In this document: positions 54,109 to 63,863 of the stretch, in pieces
Layout of the letters: each line of letters opens with the position of its first letter
Numbering within the stretch: the first letter of the stretch is position 1
Assembly: GCA_002104905.1 (NCBI GenBank)
Contig: MCFE01000054.1
Coordinates: forward strand, 131,627 to 195,626
Origin: Basidiobolus meristosporus CBS 931.73
Taxonomy: Eukaryota; Fungi; Basidiobolomycota
Direction of reading: 5' to 3'
Length of the DNA stretch: 64,000 bases
The notes under the pieces: model-generated
What the model was told of the DNA's origin: nothing
The model's database searches: none
Seen by the model: only the letters and a program-made list of their open reading frames with translations
Translations under genes and position numbers: made by a program

Positions 54109-55104
54109 ATGAAAGTTTTGAGCTTGACAGTTTTGAGTCTTGTTTCTTTGAGTACCGGTAATTACTTTTTGTCATAATGATGGAGATGGCTTGTCATAAC
54201 TGAATTTGTTTGATGTAGTTGTTTTCGCTCAGGAAACTGGTATAACCCCTTCTGGTGGTAAGTCTTCGTATTCTTGCCCTACACTGCTGTAGCCTTCTTT
54301 TAACGAGATTTTATAGCCCCAGCTGATACTCCTCAGCAATCCCCAAGTGAGTCCAAGTCTACCGTCATGCCTACTGTCGCAACAAGTATGCCCTCTAACA
54401 CACGTACACCAGTTTCGCCGGCACCCACTCAAGAAGCTAGTATAACACCATCTTCATCCGTTGTTGCCCCAACCACGGAAGGTAGTAAATCACCCATCAC
54501 CTCTTCTCAATCTCCGGTTTCAACTACTAATCCCCCACCCGTCACCACGCCTACTTCAGTAACTTCCGCTTCAACTCCATCAACAACTAATCCACCGGTA
54601 ACTTCTCCGTCACAACCACCCACAACCACCCCACCTCCGACTACCAAGTCTCCCGAAACTACTCCTCCTAACACCACTGTACCGCCTACTACCATTCCAC
54701 CTACAACAGTTCCTACCACTATTCCACCAACCACTGTACCCAATTCCCCATCCGCCTCGAAAGAAACAACTCCACCAACAGTTCCTCCTACTTCTGACTC
54801 AATCAAACCCACATTGACAAGGCCAAACTCCGCTACACTCACACTTCCTTCGGTTGACACTCCAATAATTGTAAGCATTCCAAGCACAGGAGGAAAGCCT
54901 GTCAGCACCTTGCCCAACAGCGACGTTGTTGTTGATATTGTTGTCACTGCTACAGCCAAGGTTTCCGGAAAAGATAGTACGGTACTTGCAACTGTTAAGG
55001 CTACCAATAGACCACCGCCATTCTCCAGCGCTACTACTGCATCAGCAGGTGTCTGGACTATGTCCGGTGCCGCCATCCTTGCACTCGCATTAACATATAT
55101 TTAA
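54109..55104 (+). CDS. Secreted Ser/Thr/Pro-rich mucin-like protein, possibly GPI-anchored at the cell surface
   Basis: Signal peptide MKVLSLTVLSLVSLSTVVFA spans two small introns; long PTT/PPTT repeats; small-residue stretch plus hydrophobic C-terminus (SSATTASAGVWTMSGAAILALALTYI). Confidence 0.8.
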
Positions 55105-58100
55105 GAGCATGGAGCCACTATCATCTGTGGGATCTTGATATAACCATCAGCATATTCCTGTCAACTCCTACAAATAGCAAGTATATTGCTATTCTAAACT
55201 CATCTTGTAATCAGTGAAATTGATGATGCCACCGAACAGCTTCATTTTCTTTGAATGTAACCAATGTATTTAACCATCCAGTATATAATATTCAATTATA
55301 TTCATTCCTCCATGGCAATTGGCATATTCGTTTGATCATTTGCAGGCTTACCAAATTTGATGGTAAGGCAGTCTTGAATCAGTTCTTATTTCTTCGCAGT
55401 TACCAGATTGAGCTGCCACTAAAGGGCCTAGTAGCCTATCAGCGAGTCTAAATTGGCCGCAGTTCTCAAAGTCGTCAGAGTGATTTGTTGAAAAAAGATG
55501 GGGCAAGCAGTGCGAAAAGAGAAAGGTAATAACCAATCCTAAATGTAAGAGACAGTAACGTTCTCATTTTAGTCCTCTGCCTCTGTTCCTGCTCTTGTTT
55601 AATCATTAGTTAGTGTCACTAAATCCTTCTCGCCAAATATTATTATTAAAATGCTTTGGTGTATAATATGAGGTTGGTTCAAGTCACAGGCTACTTGTTT
55701 GTGCAGGAGTGATTCTACTTTTAATCCAGTTTCTGAGTCTCCCTTTGCTGACAAGTAGTAGTTCAGGAATTCATCATATCCTATCATTGTGACCTGCGGC
55801 AAACTGGGCCCATACGGTGCTACCATACTGTTCTGTTGAGATGGTTCGCGCCCCAAAACCCAAGGATCTCAGAATTTATCCAGGACCATCGTTGGCGAAC
55901 GTTATTTATGCCCAAGCTACATTCATGACGTAGGAAAGTGATTCTAATCCCAGTAATATTAAATCCACCACGTCAGTTGGTTCATTTTTAGTAGTAGTAT
56001 CGTTCATATTACTCCTATTGAAGGGTTTCTATTGCTTATGTAGGCATTTTGCAACACATTTGAGCGGTGCGAGGAGCTCGTTCTTTTTATAATTGAGATA
56101 TGAAATGTAAGTTCGGATAAACGCTATCCATCCAGTGGTGTATAATTTGGTAGTTTATCCAGTATAAGGATTGCATTGTTATTCCATGTGATATAGATAT
56201 CGAAGTATTTGGCAATCTCAGCGCGAACAAGCACAGGCTAATCAAGCGACACGCGCTCGATTTATCGAGTTGGAGATAGTTGTACTAGTCTGTAGTAATG
56301 TAATATATCACGGTTTCGTATCGGGGTCAATGATTAGAAATTGTAGGAGTGCACTCCAGTTTTGCATAAGCGTTTAGCTAGTACAACTCACTACTCTGTA
56401 GGCAGCACTCGCAAATATTATGTTGTGTTGCAAAGCTCAGTCCCTGTGTGCATTATTTTCTATCATATTCTCTTATACACCCCACTAGCTATATCAATCA
56501 GGTTTTTGATGCTATTCCTACCTGTCCACTCATGGCTCCTGATGCTATAACCAAAAAATCGCATTTTTCATAACATGTGAGGAAGACAATGGTGATGCCT
56601 TAAATTTTGCACATTCTGACGGTTGATAAATGTACTTGTATCAAATGAAGTATGCTTATGTGCTTCATCTAACCTACTGTCTTAAAAGTTACAAGCTCAT
56701 AAGATCCTTACCATTTTTTTTGTTATCATGAAATGATTTTACTAAGAGCACCCATTTTTTGTTTGCTTCAATGCTCAGGTACTGTGAAGATTTGAAATAG
56801 AATAATAGGATTGTAAAATATCTTGCACAGAAATTATGCATCGGTATTATGGTTGTTACAAGGACTACTTTGAGAAATTTTGATGAGCATTATCAGAATA
56901 ATATAAAAAAGTCAGCAGAAATCCAACTTGGATGAGGCTTACAGGACCATACTTGAGTATTATACTCTGTGTAATGCATAAGCCTCCAACTACTTATCCG
57001 ATTAAAACATTAAGCCCAACAATTGATTTTCTGAAAATTTTATGATATAGATAATGTAAGATATATGACTGTAGTCAGGGTGGATACTATCACAAAAATG
57101 TATTGAAAAGGCATAGATGCTGTCAAAAAATCCAATTCTGAAGCCTCTAATAGGAACAGATAGGATGAAGCTGATAGATATTACAGGGTTTGCAGCAGTG
57201 AGTTGCTATTCAATGAGGGAAGTGTATGGCAAAGAGCTTTATTGAAACCTGTATCTTTCGTACAAGCTCAACCTTGGATAGTACATAGTTGCGCATTTAA
57301 ATAGAGATACTCTGTAATACTTGATATGGTATACATCTAAGTAGTTGAGCTTTGTCTCGAAATGCTTTGTGATTACCTATTAAACAACCCTGCAAATCCA
57401 AAATTTTGAAACTGCTATTCCTTAGAGCACTGCACTGTGATATGTTTCAGACATTTGCTATTTTGGTAATCTAAAACACATGTTCTATCAATCCTGAGTT
57501 CCAGTTTGATTGGCCTATCGCAATTAATTAGCCGGATACAGGCGGAAATATTGTTGGCTACAGTGTCTTGTGATGTATATTGGCAAAAGTCAATAATCAG
57601 CAAACCGACCTAATTCACTAATATAGAATGTAGTACAGAAGGCTGTGAATGAAGAAATTTGAGAGCCGGAGATTATCTCTGGCTAGCTCCATATTAGGTC
57701 TAGAGGATAGTAACTCTCCGCATCAAGTATTGAAGTTCAGAGGATATGGAGTACTAGAATATTTTTGTACTCAGAGAATACAAGTCCCTTGACGTTTAGA
57801 GGTAAATACCAGAAGTCAGTTTACATGTACGCGAAAAGCACGAGTATGACTGAGAGTAACGGGTTGGATTGATTGTTAGCCGTAGAATTTGGTTTGAAGC
57901 TAACGTTGATCAGGGTTCCAATCCTGTCTGTCGCTAAAGCACTAGCTTCTTCTGGGCGTTATAATCCACAAGCAACCTGTACAGTGGTTTGTAGGTCTCC
58001 AGCCAGCAATATGGACCCTGCACACTGAGTACAATAGGGGTGATATGATATTTTCAACTCAAACAGCATGACGACCAGAGTCCAGCAACATTCAGCATTC

Positions 58101-59293
58101 CGTAAATCATGGTCTGGGGGGATTTATTTCTACACATTCACTTTTGATTCATTCACAACTAGATTCAAGATCATCCTGCGAGCTTCACGGCTTAGTTGGT
58201 ATCAACCAAATCATTTTCTAAGAAAGTACAAAGACCTGGGAACGATAACGCTAGTATCATTCACGCTATTATTAAATCTCCTGATAGTAGTTGAGGCATT
58301 CCCATGGGACCTACAAATAAGCATGCCTCTATACTGTGATACACAAATAGATTGACGACAGAAAAAGGTATTGCGCTAGCCAAGATTAATGCTGTTAAAC
58401 TATATCATGAAGCGGCTGAAATACTAGCCATCAACTTCCATTGACTGCAGACCTCATGTGCTACGCGAAATAAGTAGCGCAAAGATGATGTATAGGGCTC
58501 ACGTAATTGGCCAAGTTACTTTGAAAGATAAGCTATTTGACATACTTGATGGTTTCTAAATTGTACCATCTTACATCTTGGCAGCAAAAAAGTTGGTACG
58601 CTACCTCGTTAAACAGTGTGCAGCAAGTTCCGTAATGTCCTGATTACAAAAACTCAGAATTAGCAAGCACAATACTCTGCAGCCTATTTGTTGCTTAAGG
58701 GACAGTCGACGCAAAGTCAAATACTTCACCTAAAGTATGCAGTTTTAGGGCAAATGGCTCCAATTCATCATCTGGTCAAATCCATTGTACGGTGACTTCA
58801 CCATCAGTAATGCAGCAAATGTAACGTTCTCCTCCGATTTGTCTACAGCTATGAAACATCTGAGATACCTTTAGATGAAATACTTTGTCAGCACTCTCAT
58901 TTTGCATCTACAACGTTTCCCAAATAATACCGGTATCTTTCAGGCTTACGGCCAAGAGTGGTCTCAAGTTCGCACTCCAGAGAGCAATGCTGCTACCATT
59001 CACCGTGCAAAATTACTAGAAACAGGTTTATAACCGCAAAGGAAGGTATTTCAGATGGAATGGTAGTAAGTAGATTCCACAAAAACTAACATAGCTTAAT
59101 TAACCACACGTTTACACATTAGGTGGTCACCCAAAAATACAGCTGTACCACCAGTCAATAGTAATTAGGTTAAATTAGGAAAGGTTATTCAAGTGCCTAC
59201 TAGTGTATTTGTCCAGCACCAACACTATAAATATTTCGACCTCTACAGCACCAAAAAGCATTCCTATACAGTTCCATTATACATTTGATTGCA

Positions 59294-60595
59294 ATGAGAT
59301 TCAATTCTCCAATGATGCAGGTCCTGTTAGTGGGCTTTGCATGCTTCTGTTGTCCAGGCATGTTTAACGTTATCAACAGTCTTGGAGCTGGCGGACAAAT
59401 GGATGATAATACAGCCAAGAATGGAAACGTTGCACTCTACGCTTGTTTCGCTGTCTTCGGTGTCTTTGGTGGTGCTATTCATAATATCCTTGGCAGTCGC
59501 TGGACAATGGTCTGCGGCGGCCTCACTTACGCCCTATACTCTGGTTCACTGGTGTATTATAGCAATACTCATAAGCCCGCATTTGTTATTATTGCTAGTG
59601 CTATCCTTGGTATCGGTGCTGGTATGTTCTGGACTGCACAAGGAACTATCATGATGTCTTATCCCTCTGAAGATCAGAAAGGTCGCGCAGTAGGCATCTT
59701 CTGGATCATCTTCAATCTGGGCTCCGTTCTCGGTTCATTTATTCCGTTTGGACTTAACTTCCATTCCACACTCGATCATGTCAGTACCGCTACATACTAT
59801 GTATTGATGGTCATTATGATCATTGGAGCTTTGCTTGGTTTCGGATTAATTCCTCCAGAGAAGGTAGTTCGTGAAGATGGTACACGCGTTCAAGTCTCCA
59901 AATTCCACAATGCAGGCGGCGAAATCATTGAAATTCTTAAACTTTTTAAGAACAAGAATATGCTTCTACTCTTCCCAATGTTCATCTCTTCCAACTGGTT
60001 CTACTCCTATCAATTTGGAGCCGTCAACGGTGTGCTCTTCAATGTTCGTACTCGTTCATTCAACAATGCGTTTTACTGGGGGAGTCAAATGATTGGAGCT
60101 TACGGAATGGGCTGGCTACTTGATAATACCAAGATCAATCGCCGTACTCGCGCTCTCTATGGACTGACGCTGCTGGCAATTCTCGCTACCGCTGTCTGGG
60201 GTGGAGGTCTCGCTTTACAACTACAATACACTCGTGAGAATCATCCTAAAGATATCGACTTCATTAATGGCCCAGGATGGGGCGGTAAATTTGTTTTGTA
60301 CTTGCTCTACGGCCTAGTTGATGCTGTTCTACAAACATATGCCTATTGGTTGATGGGTGCTCTCTCTAACGATACCCACGTCCTCGCACGCTACGCTGGG
60401 TATTACAAAGGAATTCAGTCTGCTGGTGGAGCCATATCCTGGGATATTGATGCCAAGGGCACAGGTTTCTTAGTTCAGTTAATAATCAACTGGGCATTAT
60501 GTACCGTTGCCTTCCCTTTCTCATTCCTGGTTGCAAAGAATATCAAAGATACTACCGACGATAGTGATGAGAAGGCAGAAATTGCTGACTGCTAA
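59294..60595 (+). CDS. UNC-93-like MFS transporter (DUF895), intronless
   Basis: QVLLVGFACFCCPGMFNVINSLGAGG; GAGMFWTAQGTIMMSYPSEDQKGRA; FWIIFNLG; ARYAGYYKGIQSAGGAISW; about 12 TM segments. Confidence 0.92.
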   Translation: MRFNSPMMQVLLVGFACFCCPGMFNVINSLGAGGQMDDNTAKNGNVALYACFAVFGVFGGAIHNILGSRWTMVCGGLTYALYSGSLVYYSNTHKPAFVIIASAILGIGAGMFWTAQGTIMMSYPSEDQKGRAVGIFWIIFNLGSVLGSFIPFGLNFHSTLDHVSTATYYVLMVIMIIGALLGFGLIPPEKVVREDGTRVQVSKFHNAGGEIIEILKLFKNKNMLLLFPMFISSNWFYSYQFGAVNGVLFNVRTRSFNNAFYWGSQMIGAYGMGWLLDNTKINRRTRALYGLTLLAILATAVWGGGLALQLQYTRENHPKDIDFINGPGWGGKFVLYLLYGLVDAVLQTYAYWLMGALSNDTHVLARYAGYYKGIQSAGGAISWDIDAKGTGFLVQLIINWALCTVAFPFSFLVAKNIKDTTDDSDEKAEIADC

Positions 60596-61464
60596 ATAAT
60601 TTGAGCTTAGTTAATTTACCAGTAGCTATTTTCAATATTTTTTATGATAAGTGTCAACCTAATTTAATCAATAAACTATCGAAATGAAGCTGCCAAATAT
60701 TCATTGGCTACAGCTAAGTTGAAAATGCGTCCAAGTATGAGGCATATAAGCAAGAACACCGCACCAATGTTATAATAGAAAAGACTACGGAGTATCAGTG
60801 AAAAAAAAGCAATGAGTACTTCATGCCAAGTATTTTCTGCTTATACCCAAACCATTCACATACTGTAGGGCTTAGCTTATTGCCAAACAGTGATTTATTA
60901 ATTGGGAATATAGTTTGTAAGACTAGAAGGGGGGGATATTACAATCCCTAATATGTGAAGTCTTTAACTCAGTAACTCAAAAAATAGCCAAGTGCTGCAT
61001 TGGTAGCTTTTATTGAAGTGAATAAAGAGAGAGTGATTTTGTGAAGGGTAATAGTGAAGGTAACCAAGCTCAAACAGATTGAAAACAGTGTTGGGTGGCA
61101 ATGTTGGAATTACTCAAGAGAGTTGCAATTGGTCAACAATTGGGATCAGGTGAAATTTTACTTTCAATGATGCAGAATCATGAAGCCAGAACTACTATAG
61201 TAGCACTTAAGCATATAAAGGAAATAGTCATTTTGCAAAAGCTTATAGTAAAGTTTACTGAATCCAACAGGAGTCAATATAGAGTTATGTGCTACTGGAG
61301 GGATCAATAAAGGAAGTAGTGGCTTATAAAAAGTTGCAACAGAGTTTTACAAGTATGCACTGTGGCAGAGCAAGTTTTCAGTAGGGTGGCTGAGGTAGCT
61401 CCTCCATAAAATCAAGGGATCTCTGGCCTAAGAAGGTGCTGGATCTTCCAAATCTTGGGCATAC

Positions 61465-61480
61465 AGGGTTAGGGTTAGGG
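61465..61480 (+). repeat. Interstitial telomere repeats (AGGG TTAGGG TTAGGG), probable former chromosome end
   Basis: First telomere tract; everything distal is telomere repeat or retro-insertion. Confidence 0.8.
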
Positions 61481-61637
61481 GGAGGAAAGTCACCAAGTGG
61501 TGAAATCTTTATTTACTTATGACAAGTATCTAAAGAAGCCAAGTTAATCTGAAGTAATTCCTAGAAAGCTAGGTCTGAGAGATATCTTCCTGGTAAGCCA
61601 GGTCTGAGAGTTGAGAAGCTGAGTGGTACTATATTTC
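61481..61637 (-). mobile_element. 5'-truncated copy (157 bp) of the telomeric SINE-like unit, capped by (TTAGGG)3 at 61638-61655
   Basis: Near-identical to the first 157 bp of the units at 61656 and 62183. Confidence 0.85.
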
Positions 61638-61655
61638 TTAGGGTTAGGGTTAGGG

Positions 61656-62176
61656 GGAGGAAAGTCACCAAGTGGTGAAATCTTTATTTACTTATGACAA
61701 GTATCTAAAGAAGCCAAGTTAATCTGAAGTAATTCCTAGAAAGCTAGGTCTGAGAGATATCTTCCTGGTAAGCCAGGCCTGAGAGTTGAGAAGCTGAGTG
61801 GTACTATATTTCCTAGTTAGCTAGGTCTGAGAGAGGTTTCCTGGAAAGCCAGGCCTGAGAAGTGAGAATCTGAGTATATCTGAGGTGAGTTGTACTGATT
61901 TGCGGTAGCTGGATTGTGGCCGGAAAGGCCAGTAGACTGGGGGAACTGAGATGAATTTCTGGGCGATCACTGGCCAAATTTACTAGGCAAATCTGGCCAT
62001 TAGCATTTCAAGGATTTCAGCCAATCAGAGCCTTTACTTTGCCCGATGGTTGATCAAGCCATCTCCCAATGAGCACACATCAATTTATTAATCAAATTTT
62101 TGCTGGATCCAGGATTTGAACCCACAACCATGGGTATGGAAGGGTTAGGGATAACCACAAGGCTAAGTGTTCTTGG
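61656..62176 (-). mobile_element. Full-length 521-bp telomeric unit; putative tRNA-derived SINE
   Basis: Minus-strand 5' head has an A-box-like TAGCCTTGTGG and B-box GGTTCAAATCC; the 3' tail is shared with the adjacent LINE; bordered by TTAGGG on both sides. Confidence 0.75.
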
Positions 62177-62182
62177 TTAGGG

Positions 62183-62703
62183 GGAGGAAAGTCACCAAGT
62201 GGTGAAATCTTTATTTACTTATGACAAGTATCTAAAGAAGCCAAGTTAATCTGAAGTTTTTCCTAGAAAGCTAGGTCTGAGAGATATCTTCCTGGTAAGC
62301 CAGGTCTGAGAGTTGAGAAGCTGAGTGGTACTATATTTCCTAGTTAGCTAGGTCTGAGAGAGGTTTCCTGGAAAGCCAGGCCTGAGAAGTGAGAATCTGA
62401 ATATATCTGAGCTAAGTTATCATGGTTTGCGGTAGCTGAATTGTGGCCGGAATGGCCAGTAGACTGGGGGAACTGAGATGAATTTCTGGGCGATCACTGG
62501 CCAAATTTACTAGGCAAATCTGGCCAATTAGCATTTCAAGGATTTCAGCCAATCAGAGCCTTTACTTTGCCCGATGGTTGATCAAGCCATCTCCCAATGA
62601 GCACACATCAATTTATTAATCAAATTTTGCTGGATCCAGGATTTGAACCCACAACCATGGGTATGGAAGGGTTAGGGATAACCACAAGGCTAAGTGTTCT
62701 TGG
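62183..62703 (-). mobile_element. Second full-length 521-bp telomeric unit; putative tRNA-derived SINE
   Basis: About 97% identical to 61656-62176 by eye; separated from its neighbours by single TTAGGG repeats (62177-62182 and 62704-62709). Confidence 0.75.
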
Positions 62704-62709
62704 TTAGGG

Positions 62710-63801
62710 GGGGAGACAGTCACCAACAGGTGAAATCTTTATTTCAGTTGAAACAAAGAAGCCAGCGCTACTGTTGTAGCTTTGATATAAGAGTGTGTAG
62801 CTGAGGGGAATTTGTAGGTAAGTTAATAAGAAGTGATGATAGTTCTTTAGTGCTCAAGACACTGTTCAGTGGGAAGGGGGGTAGCAAGAGAGGTAAGAAT
62901 GACTTGTGAACAACATTAATGAGGGGAATGTGATAAGGATTGATATTCATCATAAAGGGAGTGTGCTGCTGCAGATATTGCTGCCAAAGGTCTGTCAAGT
63001 ACTTCAGGTAGGCCAGCTTGGGTTTTTCTGACTGCAGAATATAGTGAGCAAACTTCTTGACTTCAGGATCTCCAAGTATAGTTCTCCAGCAGGAGTCAGG
63101 TGTAGTGTGGTGTGTTCTCTTCCAGGCCTTAATCAGTGGGTTGTTGCAGTTGTGAAGTCTGAGGTATAATCTGGTTCTAAGGTAGAGAAGTCTGATCTTA
63201 TAGGGCATAAACCCAAAAGCACCAAGAATAGCATGTCTGTAGGGGCATTCAGGCAAATGAGGCACCAAGGAGGTAATGCACCATACTGCAAACTTGTCAA
63301 GCTTAGTGCAGTCTCTAGAAGTAAGAGAGAGAAGTGGTAAGCCAAATTCCAGGACAGGGAAGACAAACTGCTTGAGTAGAAGGAGGCAGCTGGGAGCTGA
63401 AGTTGTAGGAGGAGTAACAGCCAGTAGCTTGTGGAGTGCCTGTCTTGCCAGGATAATTCTCTTCTTCAGGTGTGCTCCAGAGTCTAGTCCAGTTGGTAGG
63501 AAAGGAAAGCCAAGATATGTAGCAGAAACCTGAGCAGGTAGAGTGGAGTTCTCCAAGTTGATGGGAGAGCCCAAAGGTACTGTCTTTACAATGGAAAGCT
63601 GGAGATTATTCTTTTGCAGATACTGGTGGATGGTCTGGGAGTCTTGTTGCACATTGGAGGAGGATATTCTGATGTCATCAGCAAAGAGAGTAACCTGGCA
63701 GTCAGCTGAGAGTCTTGGGAAATCATTCAGGAAGATGGCAAACAGTATAGGACCAAGCACAGAGCCTTGAACCACTCCATTAGGAACTGAGAACACAGCT
63801 G
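62710..63801 (-). mobile_element. 5'-truncated non-LTR retrotransposon (LINE), capped by telomere repeats
   Basis: RT ORF open up to the truncation point; 58-nt 3' UTR ending in CCCTAA; the 5' break abuts (TTAGGG)n at 63802. Confidence 0.9.
62768..63796 (-). CDS. C-terminal part of a non-LTR reverse transcriptase (partial)
   Basis: GVVQGSVLGPILFAIFLND (domain 4), LFADDI (domain 5), LQLSIVKT, YLGF and the thumb-like FVFPVLEFG. No start codon; the ORF runs into telomere repeats. Confidence 0.9.
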   Translation of the reverse strand: MFSVPNGVVQGSVLGPILFAIFLNDFPRLSADCQVTLFADDIRISSSNVQQDSQTIHQYLQKNNLQLSIVKTVPLGSPINLENSTLPAQVSATYLGFPFLPTGLDSGAHLKKRIILARQALHKLLAVTPPTTSAPSCLLLLKQFVFPVLEFGLPLLSLTSRDCTKLDKFAVWCITSLVPHLPECPYRHAILGAFGFMPYKIRLLYLRTRLYLRLHNCNNPLIKAWKRTHHTTPDSCWRTILGDPEVKKFAHYILQSEKPKLAYLKYLTDLWQQYLQQHTPFMMNINPYHIPLINVVHKSFLPLLLPPFPLNSVLSTKELSSLLINLPTNSPQLHTLISKLQQ

Positions 63802-63836
63802 AGGGTTAGGGTTAGGGTTAGGGTTAGGGGTTAGGG
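63802..63836 (+). repeat. Telomeric repeat tract, about 6 units including one TTAGGGG variant
   Basis: Read directly from the sequence. Confidence 0.95.
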
Positions 63837-63863
63837 GGAGGAATGTCACCAAGTGGTGAAATC
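63837..63863 (-). mobile_element. 27-bp 3'-terminal fragment of the SINE-like unit inside the telomere
   Basis: GGAGGAATGTCACCAAGTGGTGAAATC differs by one base from the first 27 bp of the unit. Confidence 0.9.

Noticed and set aside
54507-55076. 189-aa Val/Gly-rich minus-strand ORF
   Set aside because: Antisense shadow of the Thr/Pro-rich exon.
57831-57934. tRNA-like stretch (TTAGCC...GGGTTCCAATCCTG...TCGC)
   Set aside because: The B box is imperfect (TTCCAAT) and I could not build a consistent cloverleaf. At best a decayed tRNA or SINE relic; needs tRNAscan-SE.
61656-62703. Hammerhead ribozyme / Penelope pseudo-LTR interpretation of the telomeric units
   Set aside because: No CUGAnGA...GAAA core on either strand, and the adjacent RT motifs (QGSVLGP, FADD) are LINE-type rather than Penelope-type.
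61481-62760. CRISPR-like appearance of the recurring GTCACCAAGTGGTGA hairpin
   Set aside because: The intervening sequences are near-identical long units, not unique spacers; the genome is eukaryotic and there are no cas genes.
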